Positions 52,101 through 63,845 of a stretch of 64,000 nt of DNA are shown here, piece by piece. A program made the translations under genes and the position numbers. The stretch's first letter is position 1. Every line of letters starts with the position of its first letter. The stretch is from Eledone cirrhosa (lineage: Eukaryota). The notes below the pieces were generated by a model. That model was not told the origin of the DNA and did no database searches. It worked only from the letters and a program-made list of their open reading frames with translations. Location of the stretch: positions 26,970,001 through 27,034,000 of the forward strand of contig OZ024763.1 in assembly GCA_964016885.1 (NCBI GenBank). Direction: 5' to 3'.

Positions 52101-53110
52101 AGAGAGGAGTGAGAGGAGAGAGAGGAGTGAAAGAAGGGAGAAAGGAGAGATGTGTGAAACACGAGAGAGAAGAGGGAGAGAGGAGTGAAACAAGAGAGAG
52201 GGGAGGGAAGGGAGAGGGGGAGGGAGAGGGGGAGGGAGAGAGGAGTGAAACGAGAGGGGAGGGAGAGGGGGAGGGAGAGAGGAGTGAAACAAGAGAGAAG
52301 AGGGAGAGAGGAGGGAAACAAGAGAGAGGGAGGGAGAGAGGAGTGAAAGGAGAGAGAGGAGGGAGAGAGGAGTGAAAGAAGAGATGAGGGAGAGAGGAGG
52401 GAGAGAGGTGGGAAACAAGGGAGAGGGGAGGGAGAAAGGTGTGAAACACGAGAGAGAATAGGGAGAGAGGAGGGATAGAGGAGTGAAACAATAGAGAGGG
52501 GAGGGAGAGGAAGGGAGAGGGGGAGGGAGAGAGGAGTGAAACAAGAGAGAAGAGGGAGAGAAGAGTGAAAGAAGAGAGATGAGGGAGAGAGGAGGGAGAG
52601 AGAAGTGGAAGAAGAGAGAGAGGAGGGAGAGATGAGTGGAAGAAGAGAGAGGAGGGAGAGATGAGTGAAACAAGAGAGAGGGGAGGGAGAGATGAGTGAA
52701 ACAGAGAGAGGGAGAGAGGAGAGGGAGAGGGAGAGAGGAGTGAAACAAGAGAGAGGGGAGGGAGAGGAGTGAAACAAGAAAGAGGGGAGGGGAGGGAGAG
52801 AGGAGTGAAACAAGAGAGAGAGGAGGGAGAGAGGAGTGAAACAAGAAAGAGGAGGGAGAGAGGAGTGAGAGGAGGGAGAGAGGAGGGAAACAAGAGAGAG
52901 GCGTGAGAAAGGAAGGAAACAAGAGAGAGGAGGGAGGGAGGAGTGAAACAAGAGAGAGAGGAGGGAGAGAGGAGTGAAACAAGAAAGGAGGGAGAGAGGA
53001 GGGAGAGAGGATTGAAACAAGAGAGAGGGGAGGGGGGGGAGTGAAACAAGAGAGAGATGAGGGAGAGAATAGAGAGAGGAGGGAGAGAATAGAGAGAGGA
53101 GAGAGGGGGG
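43172..53110. repeat. ~10-kb polypurine/polypyrimidine minisatellite (core GAGAGAGGAGGGAGAGAGGAGTGAAACAA) with higher-order blocks
   Basis: The + strand is almost entirely A/G. Marker motifs GAGCGAGCAGTGAG and AATGGAGAGAGGATTGAAA each recur about ten times. Confidence 0.97.
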
Positions 53111-53118
53111 AGACTTAC

Positions 53119-53191
53119 CTTTTTGTGATGTCAAATAAAGTTTGACAGTTCTTTTAGATTTTACAATAATAGGAATGGTTCGACATGATAA
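53119..53191 (-). CDS. Candidate 73-nt internal exon of an unidentified host gene (LSCRTIPIIVKSKRTVKLYLTSQK)
   Basis: Minus strand: pyrimidine-rich tract + TGTAG acceptor, one open frame, AAG|GTAAGT consensus donor. Confidence 0.4.
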
Positions 53192-53225
53192 CTACACAAG
53201 ATAGAAAATATACAGAAACTAATAT

Positions 53226-53378
53226 AATTGTTTCTACTTTTGGCACAAGTCCAGCAATTACCCACTGGTAATTTATTTTATCGATCCCGTAAGAATGAAA
53301 GACAGTTAACCTCGGCCGGATTTGAACTCAGAATGGAAAGGGGCGTAATTCTATGCGTCAAAGCATGGGGTTCGACGG
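53226..53378 (-). mobile_element. SINE family B, diverged
   Basis: Homology to 6749-6940. Confidence 0.78.
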
Positions 53379-54014
53379 TGTAGTGTGGTGATATGTGTGG
53401 TGATGTGTGTGGTGTGGTGTGTAGAAGGTGATTGTGTGGTGTGCTGTGTAGAAGGTAATGTGCGTTGTGTAGTGTGTAGAGTGTGGTGTGTAGAGTATAA
53501 TGTGTAGTGAGTGATGTGTAGAGCATAATGTGTGGTGAGTGATGTGTATGTCGTGATGAGTGATGTGTATGGCGTGGTGTGTGAGTACATGTGTGGAGTA
53601 TGTGGTGTGTAACGAGGGTGTGGTGTAATTGTGTGTATGTGTGAGTGTTTAATGTGCTGTGTTAATGAGTGGACTGGAGTAAAAAGGAGTCACACAATCT
53701 TTAAAAGACCCTAAATTAACTTGCCCTAATTACTATATATACTCAATCATAAGCCGATCCCTTTTATATTTGAGAAATAGGACAGAATCCAAACCCCATT
53801 TATAAGCCATGGTGGCTAATCAACAGACGACAGTTTTGAAATTCTCACGAGTGGAGAATATATTTATGAAGTTTTAATATTTTGATATTTAAAATGTTTT
53901 AAGTGTCATTTAGAGTATAGTTTTTATTTCACTTCTTTATGTAATGAGTTACCATTTTCTGATTGATTTCAAGGCCATATTCATTAAAATCATCAAATAT
54001 AATAGCAAATATAA

Positions 54015-55050
54015 ATTTCACCTCCAAAATGAAACTGGTGTAATATATCCACCACCGAAGTGAAACTGGTGTAATATATCCACCTCCAAAGTGAAACTGG
54101 TGTAATATTCACCTCCAAAGTGAAACTGGTGTAATATATCCACCACCAAAGTGAAACTGGTGTAATATATTCACCTGCAAAGTGAAACTGGTGTAATATA
54201 TCCACCTGCAAAGTGAAACTGGTGTAATATATCCACCTCCAAAGTGAAACTGGTGCAATATTCCAAAGTGAAACTGGTATAATATTTCAAAGTGAAACTG
54301 GTATAATATTTCAAAGTGAAACTGGTATAATATTCCAAAGTGAAACAGGTGTAATCCTCCAAAGTGTAAAATGGTGTAATATTCCAAAGTGAATCTGGTG
54401 TAATATTCACCTCCAAAGTGTAAACTGGTGTAATATTCCAAAGTGAAACTGGTGTAATATTCACCTCCAAAGTGTAAAATGGTGTAATATTCACCTCCAA
54501 AGTGTAAACTGGTGTAATATTCCAAAGTGTAAACTGGTGTAATATTCCAAAGTGTAAACTGGTATAATATTCCAAAGTGAAACTGGTGTAATATATACAC
54601 CACCAAAGTGAAACTGGTGCAATATTCATCTACAAAGTGATACTGGTGTAATATTCCAAAGTGAAACGTGTAATATTCACCCCCAAAGTGTAAACTGGTG
54701 TAATATTCCAAAGTGAAACTGGTGTAATATTCACCTCCAAAGTGAAACTGGTGTAATATATTCACCTCCAAAGTGAAACTGGTGTAATATATTCACCTAC
54801 AAAGTGAAACTGGTGTAATATTCCAAAGTGAAACTGGTGTAATATTCCAAAGTGAAACTGGTGTACTATTCCAAAGTGAATCTGGTGTAATATTCCAAAG
54901 TGAATCTGGTGTAATATTCACCTCCAAAGTGAAACTGGTGTAATATTCACCTCCAAAGTGAAACTGGTGTAATATTCACCTCCAAAGTGAAACTGGTGTA
55001 ATATTCACCTCCAAAGTGAAACTGGTGCAACATTCATCTCCAAAGCGAAA
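54015..55050. repeat. 21-29-bp minisatellite (CCAAAGTGAAACTGGTGTAATATT[CACCT])
   Basis: Direct inspection; roughly 40 units. Confidence 0.95.
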
Positions 55051-55553
55051 ATATTTTAGCACCTCATTTACATATAATTTTTAAGTTGGTGAAATCAAAA
55101 TATTGACCTCGAAGACAAGTCCTCCTCCCTATTTTACCATCAATATTTTGTCACATTTATCGACATATATACAAGTATATACAATATTTACTTTACATAA
55201 ATTATCAAAAGATTTGCTATTTATGTAAACAGAATTATCCGAAACTAAATCTAATAAAATTTCTTTTAATTAAATTTAAGAAAAAAAATATAGTTTGAAA
55301 GAAAACTAGAGATCACTGCTCCGACCAAGGTGTAGGAGTCACTGATTTTGACCAAGGTGTAGGGGTCACGACATACAAAATAAACAGTACTCACTGTAAA
55401 TGAGGTTAGCGTTTTGAAAGGCTTCCAGCTGTTAAAGCGAAGCCAAGATCAGTTCTGTATGAGCAAGACATGGTCACCTGACCTGGCATTGCCCACAATA
55501 GGACAACTCGTCTAACCCATGCTAGCGTAGAAAAATGGACATTAAATTGTGAT

Positions 55554-55644
<91 letters not shown>

Positions 55645-55645
<1 letters not shown>

Positions 55646-55827
55646 TGGTTCAATCGAGGGGGAAACCACAATAGGTAAAGTACTCAATACATTAGTAGAG
55701 TATATACAAAATATAATATAGAAATAGCATCTACAGGACTAGAAATATTTTATTCGAAGGAAATCATCAGGAAAGCCCCGATTTCCTTGAAATGAAAGTT
55801 CTAGTCCTGTAGAAGTCATTTCTATAT
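55645..55827 (-). mobile_element. Second copy of the 36731 hammerhead element, degenerate, also folded back at the ribozyme start
   Basis: Minus strand GGCTTTCCTGATGATTTCCTTCGAATAAAA..CTAGTCCTGTAGA..TATTGAGTACTTT..GATTGAACC. Confidence 0.75.
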
Positions 55828-55829
55828 CA

Positions 55830-56290
55830 TTCTGTTGACAAAGGGTTTCTCCCTACGAACGAAAAGCCAGTTATATGATGCCTGTGTGAGATGGGTAGCA
55901 ACTGCGGAGGATATGCGACGGCTGGAGAGAAATGAATCAAGCATGCTCCGTTGGATGTGCAATGTCAATGTGTGTGAACGACCAAGTATAGACGAGTTGA
56001 AAAAGAAACTGGGTATAAGAGGGATAAGTTGTGGTGTGCAGGAGAGAAGACTCCGATGGTATGGACATGTGATGCGCATGGAGGATGACCGCTGGGGAAA
56101 GAAGTACCAAGAAATCCCAGTAGAAGGAAGATGCAGTAGAGGAAGACCACGAAAATCATGGGCGGGAGTGGTGAGAGCTGACCTCAGATCGCTGAAACTC
56201 ACAGATGACGACGAAGGACAGTGACGATGGAGAGATGCTGTGCTGAATAGGACCCGTCCCACCCTTGCAAGCAGGAAAACTCAGACGTAT
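55830..56290 (+). mobile_element. RTE LINE 3' fragment (relative of family 1)
   Basis: KGFSLRTK..LYDACVR..MLRWMC..RRLRWYGHVMRM..GRPRKSW. Confidence 0.88.
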
Positions 56291-56590
56291 GAAAAGATAT
56301 ATATATAAATAAGAATCAAATATACTACTTGACCAATATACTAATATGTATAGATAATATAGATATAACAAACCTGTTGGTATAAACATCAACACTGGTA
56401 GACTCCTTCAGTACAGGAGAGGGGCAGATGATACTCCTGGCTTGTGTTTGATCAATAGCATCACTCCTTCCCTCTGGTACATAAATTTCTATTTGGTAGT
56501 GACCAGTTGTTTCCTCCTACTAAGAAAGAAATACCACCAGGGGTCAGAAGGTTAATTTATGAGTTTTATTTATTTAGTTTATGTATCATA

Positions 56591-56673
56591 TAGAGGGTGT
56601 CCCCCCAAAATGTATACACGCTTCAACAATATTCTTATAAATATGTGTATGCATTTTGGGGGGTCACCCTGTA
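56591..56673. mobile_element. Tiny Tc1/mariner-type MITE (~83 bp)
   Basis: TAGAGGGTGTCCCCCCAAAATGTATACAC / GTGTATGCATTTTGGGGGGTCACCCTGTA. Confidence 0.75.
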
Positions 56674-56884
56674 TTTGTGGCTGAATTTTTGTGGTGGTGG
56701 TGGAAGGTTATTGTGGCTGAGGGAAGGAAGGGAGGGAGAATGTAGATTGTGTGTGTGTTGACTGTAGACTGTGTGTGTGTGTGCGCGTGCGTGTCTGTGT
56801 GTAAGTAGAAGAGAGAGAGAACCTGAGATGGGAGAGACACATACATGTATGTGTGTCTCCCATCTCACGTTCTCTCTCCCTTCT

Positions 56885-56950
<66 letters not shown>

Positions 56951-57251
56951 CCCAACTCTTGGAGGAGTCGGGGCGCCATAGAGATGTAGAGTGTGCCTTG
57001 GGCATTTATAAACCTGGTGGAGCCCATCTCATCAGAGAGAGAGAGAGAACACATACGCATGTTTGACCCTTTAGCATTTAAACCGGCCATATCTGGCGAG
57101 AGTGTGGTGGTGGTGGTGGTGGTGGTGGGGGGGCATGGCGATAGTGTGGTGGTGGGGGGCTAACATGGAGATAGTGTGGGGGCTTTTGAACAGGAGGGGA
57201 TATCAGTATGCGTGTAGTTGTAGAAGGGTAACGTGTGTGTGTGTGTGTGTA

Positions 57252-57485
57252 GAAGCACGTGGCCTAGTGGTAAGGGTCTTGGATTTACAATCATAACATC
57301 GTGGGTTCGATTCCTGGGTTCTGTGTTGTGTTCTTGAGCAAAACACTTCATTTCACGTTGCTCCAGTAAACTCAGCTGAAAATGAGTACCAACAATAGAT
57401 GGGGGTTTAACCCTGCGATGGACTGGCGCCCTGTCCCGGGTGGAGTCTTGTACTCTCAGTCGTTTCACGCCATAATGCATGGAAA
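57252..57485 (+). mobile_element. tRNA-derived SINE family C
   Basis: A box TGGCCTAGTGG, B box GGTTCGATTCC, CORE-like TTGAGCAAAACACTT, then CCTGCGATGGACTGG. Confidence 0.82.
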
Positions 57486-57804
57486 ATCTAAGTCGTCTAA
57501 CTACAGAGGTACAACGTCAAACCATTCTAGCCCATTACTATAAAAAGTTATTTCAAAAATAAATAGATGATAAATAGAAAAAGAGAAATGGGGAATACAT
57601 ATACATACATATATATATATATATATATTTATTAAAATAACAGATTAAAGTTTAAGCAAAGAATCGCTGCTTTCACCCTTAACGGGATCTGTTATTTTAA
57701 TAAATATTTGCTCTACGGTTCTTATATATCTGATATATATTTATCCTTATCGAGCCCTCTTTGGATTTTAGTCTTCAAATTTATTATTATTACTATATAT
57801 AAAT

Positions 57805-57871
57805 AAAAGTGAGTTTTATTATTTCTGGAAATATAGTAATATCCCCCACCCCTATATATATATTTATATAA

Positions 57872-57914
<43 letters not shown>

Positions 57915-58620
57915 TATATAGGGGTGGGGGATATTATTATATTGCCAGAAATAATAAAACTCACTTTTTGGTTTGGGTTGGATTTCACTTCCATATATTT
58001 TATATCTATCCCTATAGTTAATTTAACTAGCAATCAATGTTTTATTGATTGACCAACAGTTTTATATATATATACATAGTCTTCCAGAGCTCTTTCGTCA
58101 CACACCTGTGAGATCAGTGATACTATTGTTTCTTCCTGTTGTATGGTACAACAACCAATCAAAGGCCATAAGAAAGATTAAAGTGGTAGAAAAGCCAGGA
58201 TCTACTATAAAATCCATGAATTAGGGAAGCAAGTGAAATAGAACCAAGAAAACCGAAGTAGAACAGAAAACTTGAATGGAACAACAACAACAACCATACA
58301 AATACACACTAGTGACCAAAGATAGAATACAAACACAAACCAAACAGAAAACGCGCATAGAAACACATTCGGAAATCGAGACAAATAAATAAACAATTGA
58401 ATAAGTAAACATTACAATACAACGGGAGGAAACAATAATATCACTGAAGATGTCACAAGTGTGTGATGAAAGAATTCAGACTATAAATAAATATATATAA
58501 ACAGTTGGTCAATCAATGATAAACATTGATTGCCAGCTAAATTAACTATAGGGATGGAGAATATACGGAAGCCAAAACCAACCCAACCCAAACTGTTTTA
58601 TTATATATTTCTGGCAATAC
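57805..58620. mobile_element. Nested inverted repeats with hammerhead motif; probable Penelope-like remnant
   Basis: 57805-57968 is a palindrome around (TA)n. 57940-58132 pairs with 58430-58620 as diverged arms. Hammerhead CTGAAGA-T-GTCAC..GTGAT-GAAA-GAAT-TC at 58444-58477. Confidence 0.7.
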
Positions 58621-58864
58621 TATAACAATATGACCCTTCCCAAATATAATTTGTTTCGACATACGATTTCATATAAAAAAACGTTGCAAACAAATTAGTT
58701 CGGATCTAGCTGTCGAAACATCTAGCTTCTGTGTTTTTTTCTTCTTTTGTTTTTCCTTTCCCTTTCCTTTATATTATATTATATTATATTATATATTTGT
58801 TTGTGCTTTCGTTCTGTAAATATTGTATTATATTTCTTTTTATAAGAAATATAATACAATTTTA

Positions 58865-59055
58865 AGGGCAGTAGATTGGCAGTATCAGTAGAGAGTCGGA
58901 CACCATGCTTTGCAGCATAGAGTCACGGCCCTTTACGCTCTGAGTTCAAATCCCGCTGAGGTTAACTTTACCTTTCATCCTTACGGCGTCGATAAAATAA
59001 AGTACCAGTCATGCACTGGGATAATTGCTGGCCTTGTGCCAAAAGTAGAAACAAT
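58865..59055 (+). mobile_element. SINE family B
   Basis: Homology to 6749-6940. Confidence 0.85.
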
Positions 59056-59149
59056 GATATTTCTTTTTATACAAAATAAAATTTAAATCATCTATAATAC
59101 TTAGATACAACAATACAATAAAAATATTGCAAATGAGAGGTGTCATTTA

Positions 59150-60840
59150 CCTTTAATCTCACCTCTTCCCATTAGATCTATATTTTACTTCTGGAATACT
59201 GTATTAACATTTATATTTTCATGTCTATATTATTAAGTATTGAGGTTGTTATATAATATTTAGAATACAGTCTACAGACAAGGGGAAGTAGGGAAGGGAT
59301 AATTATTTAAAAACTGATCTCTCAACTCCATCTTTATTTAGCTTACCCCAGGGTTTCCCAACTTGGGCGATTTCATATATACGTACACATATATATTCAT
59401 TAAATAATAACCCTTCTTTAATATTTAACTCTGCACCTTAAGCACACCTCGCTTCGGCTATTGGCGTCTAGTATACTGTACCACACTTTTTTGTCTCCTC
59501 TTTTCTTATGATACATATCTTCTCTTTAATATATATATATATAAATATATATATATACACACATACATGCATAAACACTTCTATGCAAATACTCATACAT
59601 ATATATTAAAAACACATATATACCAGCATAATAACGATTGACAAACCATCAGGACACATGCTTTGCTTGCTCGTGTGAAAACCGAACTTGCTACTCTACG
59701 TACACTGACGGAAACAGATATGTACATAAACACACAAATAGAACTGGTATGACTTATATCGGTACATCAAAGATTTTGTTCCACTATTGAACCATTCGAG
59801 GTAGTTAGAACGAAGTAGCAGTGTAGTACTGGGGTTAATTCCTTTCTCTCACTCTATATCCGTCTTAGGAAAACATAACCTATCTGGGGTAGAGATCGGA
59901 TCTGTCACCTTATACAAAATACCCCGAACACCCCGAATGTCAATGTGGGACCTCTACAACTCCCTCACAAGTTATAGGTCCCTACATACATACATAGAAA
60001 CATCAGAGATATCTTTTATATCTTTCACTCGATATTGCTAGACAAGTATTCCGTGAGTCAGAAAGGAATATTTGCGATATGACGGGAGAACCTCTCTGAA
60101 TAAATATTAGATAGTTCAGATGCTACGTAAAGCAGGCGGCGACAACATCGAAGACCAGAGATGCCATGTGGAAATGGACATAACACACATAGGGTTACCT
60201 TATAATCATAGACATTTGGGCTTATGAACACACACACACACACACACACATATAAATATATACGGGTGCACAGATGTACGGAGTTCTCATGTCGCCACTA
60301 AGGATTCCGCCAGATGTCCCGTCACACATCTCTACACCTTCCATTAAATGTTGATTAGTAAATATATAGTAAGTATATATCACATGTAAGAGGGAAAGCC
60401 ACAGCAAGTGTTGAGGATAAGAGACGTGTGGAATTAATAATAAAAATATTGTTAAAATTATTAATAGTAGTAGTTGTCACAATAAAGTGGGGAGGACAAC
60501 ATTATTATAAATACTTATAATTGTTTCTACTTTAGGCACAAGGCCAGCAATTACCCAGTACATTACTGGTACTTTATTTTATCGACCCCGTAAGGATGAA
60601 AGGCGTTGTTTAGAGGGCGGTGGATTGGCAGTATCAGTAGAGGGTCGGACGCCATGCTTTGACGTATAGAGTTACGGCCCTTGCCATTCTGAGTTCAAAT
60701 CCCCCGAGGTTAACTTTGCCTTTCATCCTTACAGGGTCGATAAAAGAAAGTACCAGTAATGTACTGGGTAATTGCTGGCCTTGTGCCAAACGTAGAAACA
60801 ATTATTATAAATACTTATATACACACAAGCTTAAACAGGT
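59150..60840. repeat. Dispersed ~2-kb repeat, copy 3
   Basis: Colinear with 35900-37160 and 41510-42400. Confidence 0.85.
60520..60800 (+). mobile_element. SINE B with an inverted 3' half joined to its 5' end; 19-bp target-site duplication
   Basis: ATTATTATAAATACTTATA at 60501-60519 and 60801-60819. Empty site present at ~37123-37140. Confidence 0.85.
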
Positions 60841-61749
60841 ATACATACGTACGCTTATCTAGACTCGTACGTACATAAACGTTTATAAATAAAAGCCGAA
60901 GCTGATAAAAAGAACATAGCTTACCATATCGAATTTGGAAGGATGCACATAACGTTGCTTCAACATGGTCCCATCATCATTTGCTGATACGATTATTGCA
61001 TACGCAACACAAGTTTAAAGGGCTATCTGTTTAGAAACCATCAAGCCAGGCCACCATCTAGACACTGAGGTATGACAGTTGAAGGACATCAGGTGGTTAT
61101 AGCTTCAAATCAAACCTTTGCGGTATTAATAAGACTGAGAAGGGTATGAACGCCACCACGTCAATTAAGCTTCGAAAATAGAAAGTAGGTTTATATATCT
61201 ATTAATTTTCATTTTCTTCCCCAATTCTGTATTTTGAAGTGCTTTCATTATTTTAAATATTTCTATCATGTCACTCGTTTGATTAATCTCCTCCAAAGTT
61301 GTAATTCTAAGTGTTTGTCCTTGGTATAGTGAACTAATGTTGATATTTTCAAGTCTTGACATTTATATGGAATAGTGTACTAATATTTAAATAGTCTTTA
61401 TATTTTTATCCTGCTCCCCTAAGATTTATCTCCTCTAAATTTACAAAAGTTCACATTTCTTTCACAAGATAGATCCTTAAATAATTATAGTGTTTTCTGT
61501 TTTCTTCTTCTCTTGGTTGCTTCAAGAGCCTCACCGTTTTTACGGATGTCGGTTGACAATTTTCTCAGTGGTATCATACATATTCATCTAGAGTTTTAGA
61601 TTTTTCAGCAATTAGCTAGGGAACAGAATGTTTTATTATTTCTATTATCCGTCTCCCTCTTTTGCTTCAACATGGTTAGCCATCTTTCAATTGATATTCA
61701 TACATATTCACAATTCTTCTGTGAGGGGTATAAGAAGCTCGTTTTTTGC

Positions 61750-62470
61750 TCCACATTCGATACCAAATCATGCTTCCTTTTTATAACTTCGTTGTACAAA
61801 TATAATAATTAAAGTATATATATATAAGCAATGTATATATATATAGCTTCTTATTAACTCTTTCCCGAAACATTTATTTCTTCAAAATAAGGTAAGACAT
61901 ATCCCGAAAAATAGTGTAAGGTGTCTCAATAATTATTCCATTTCAATCAATTTCTCATTTCAGTTTTCTTTACGAATATCTTGGCGTTGAAGATTTGTCC
62001 TCATAGTAATTAGCTTGTCTCAAAATTGTTCGCAGTGTTTCCATGTTTAGTGTCACAAACTATCGTTAATTCATGATTTTGCTCTAATGTAATAAATGTT
62101 ACTTTTAAAAGAGTGAAGCTCTCAATTTTTTCCACATTCGATACCAAATCATGCTTCCTTTTTATAACTTCGTTGTACAAATATAATAATTAAAGAATAT
62201 ATATATATAGCTTCTTATTAACTCTTTCCCGAAACATTTATTTCTTCAAAATAAGGTAAGACATATCCCGAAAAATATTGTAAGGTGTCTCAATAATTAT
62301 TCCATTTCAATCAATTTCTCATTTCAGTTTTCTTTAGAAATATCTTGGCGTTGAAGATTTGTCCTCATAGTAATTAGCTTGTCTCAAAATTGTTCGCAGT
62401 GTTTCCATGTTTAGTGTCACAAACTATCGTTAATACATGTTACTTTTAAAAGAGTGAAGCTCTCAATTTT
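61750..62470. repeat. Tandem duplication of a ~380-bp segment
   Basis: TCCACATTCGATACCAAATCATGC at 61750 and 62131. The second copy has small deletions. Confidence 0.92.
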
Positions 62471-62991
62471 TTCTTTCTCTTCTATATTGATATCTAATGA
62501 ATGACAAATGTATGTGATAGGAGAAAAACCACACAGCCTCCTTCCCTCGCTATAGAAGGCTAACTGACAATGTCGTTCGTAGGAGTAACAAGTCACCTCT
62601 TACTGCCTTTTATATACCATGTTAACTGGAACGACTTTCCAAGTATGGATACACTCTCTCCTTATCAATATTGTCCGAGTCCGAGGACATTTTCTCCCTG
62701 GTTAAGGAGTGAGATAAAATATTAGGGATCAATCTCTAGCAATAATTTAATTAAATTATATTTAACCAAAGCTGTTATGTCGTGGTTGTTGTTATATTTT
62801 ATAGTCGTGGTTTCAATGTTTATGAGGGGTTGTAGAATTAGTTTTATCTAATTATTATCAAACAAAAATGATGTATATATTGTCGTTGTACGTTGAAATC
62901 ACATATATACATTTATATACACACCAAGGATGGAGGGAAGACGGAATTGAAAACCATTATTGCTGAGCACAACATTGCAGGATCAAATATA

Positions 62992-63026
<35 letters not shown>

Positions 63027-63059
63027 ATCAGGTATAACCATTGATGAATATCCCTGCAG

Positions 63060-63845
63060 ATCATCAGGTTGTAGGATGAAATCAACCCTAGAGAAATGAT
63101 AAGGTATATTTTATGGAAGCTTGAGAAGAATAAAAATGAAAGTGAACCATTTTGAATTAATATCATTGGGAAAGCCATGAAGGCCACTACATCAATTTTT
63201 CTTTTAAATAGAAAGTAGGTTTATAAATTTTAATTTTGATAGTATTTTTGTAGTTGTCTTGGTAGCCTATTGGTAGGTGTTGGGACAGTGGTGATGCTGG
63301 TCTGGGGTTCAATCTCAGTCAGGAATCTCTCGAGAAATTTAATTTTTTAAATTTTTCATAAAATGAACGAAAAATAGAGGTTGCAGGAATCTGACTGAGA
63401 TCGAACCCCAGACCAGAATGTCCAGCACCTCTAATACTTATCACTAGTCTATAGAGGCGGTTATAAAAACTTACTGAAAATAAATATTTATAAACCTACT
63501 TTTTCAATTTTTTTATAAAAACAAAATTTCTGTACAAGGTTTTCATGTACACCTGACAGAGATCGAACCCCTAATCAATATCACCACTGTCTCTAATGTC
63601 TACCACTAGACCACTGAGACAGTTATGAAATCGTAGTGAAAATTAATATTTATAAACTTACTTTTTAATGGTTTTTATTTTAGAAGAGGTAAACTAAAAG
63701 TTAATAATACCCATAATGTAGAACCAGATAGAGATTGAACCCTAGACCAGGATTTCACCGTTTCTAATACATACCACTGGGCCAGAGAGAATGTACGAAT
63801 TCGTAGTGAAAATTAATATTTATAAAACTACATTTTGTTCGGAAG
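63060..63845. mobile_element. Relative of the 33471 fold-back family with four tRNA-like cassettes
   Basis: Shares AAAGCCATGAA..CCACTACATC and GAAAATTAATATTTATAAAACTACATTTTGTTCGG with the 33471 element. One + and three - strand A-box/B-box units. Confidence 0.7.

Noticed and set aside
43074-53134. Giant minus-strand ORFs (3306, 2826 and 2042 aa; Leu/Ser/Pro/Phe-rich)
   Set aside because: All three frames are open because the pyrimidine-rich repeat strand rarely contains stop codons. No domain structure.
54109-54771. Repetitive ORFs (EYYTSFTL..)
   Set aside because: Minisatellite units of variable length that constantly shift frame.
60925-61015. Possible exon or pogo-like transposase remnant (TCVAYAIIVSANDDGTMLKQR.., followed by GTAAG)
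   Set aside because: In-frame stop immediately upstream and no compatible acceptor. Similarity too weak.
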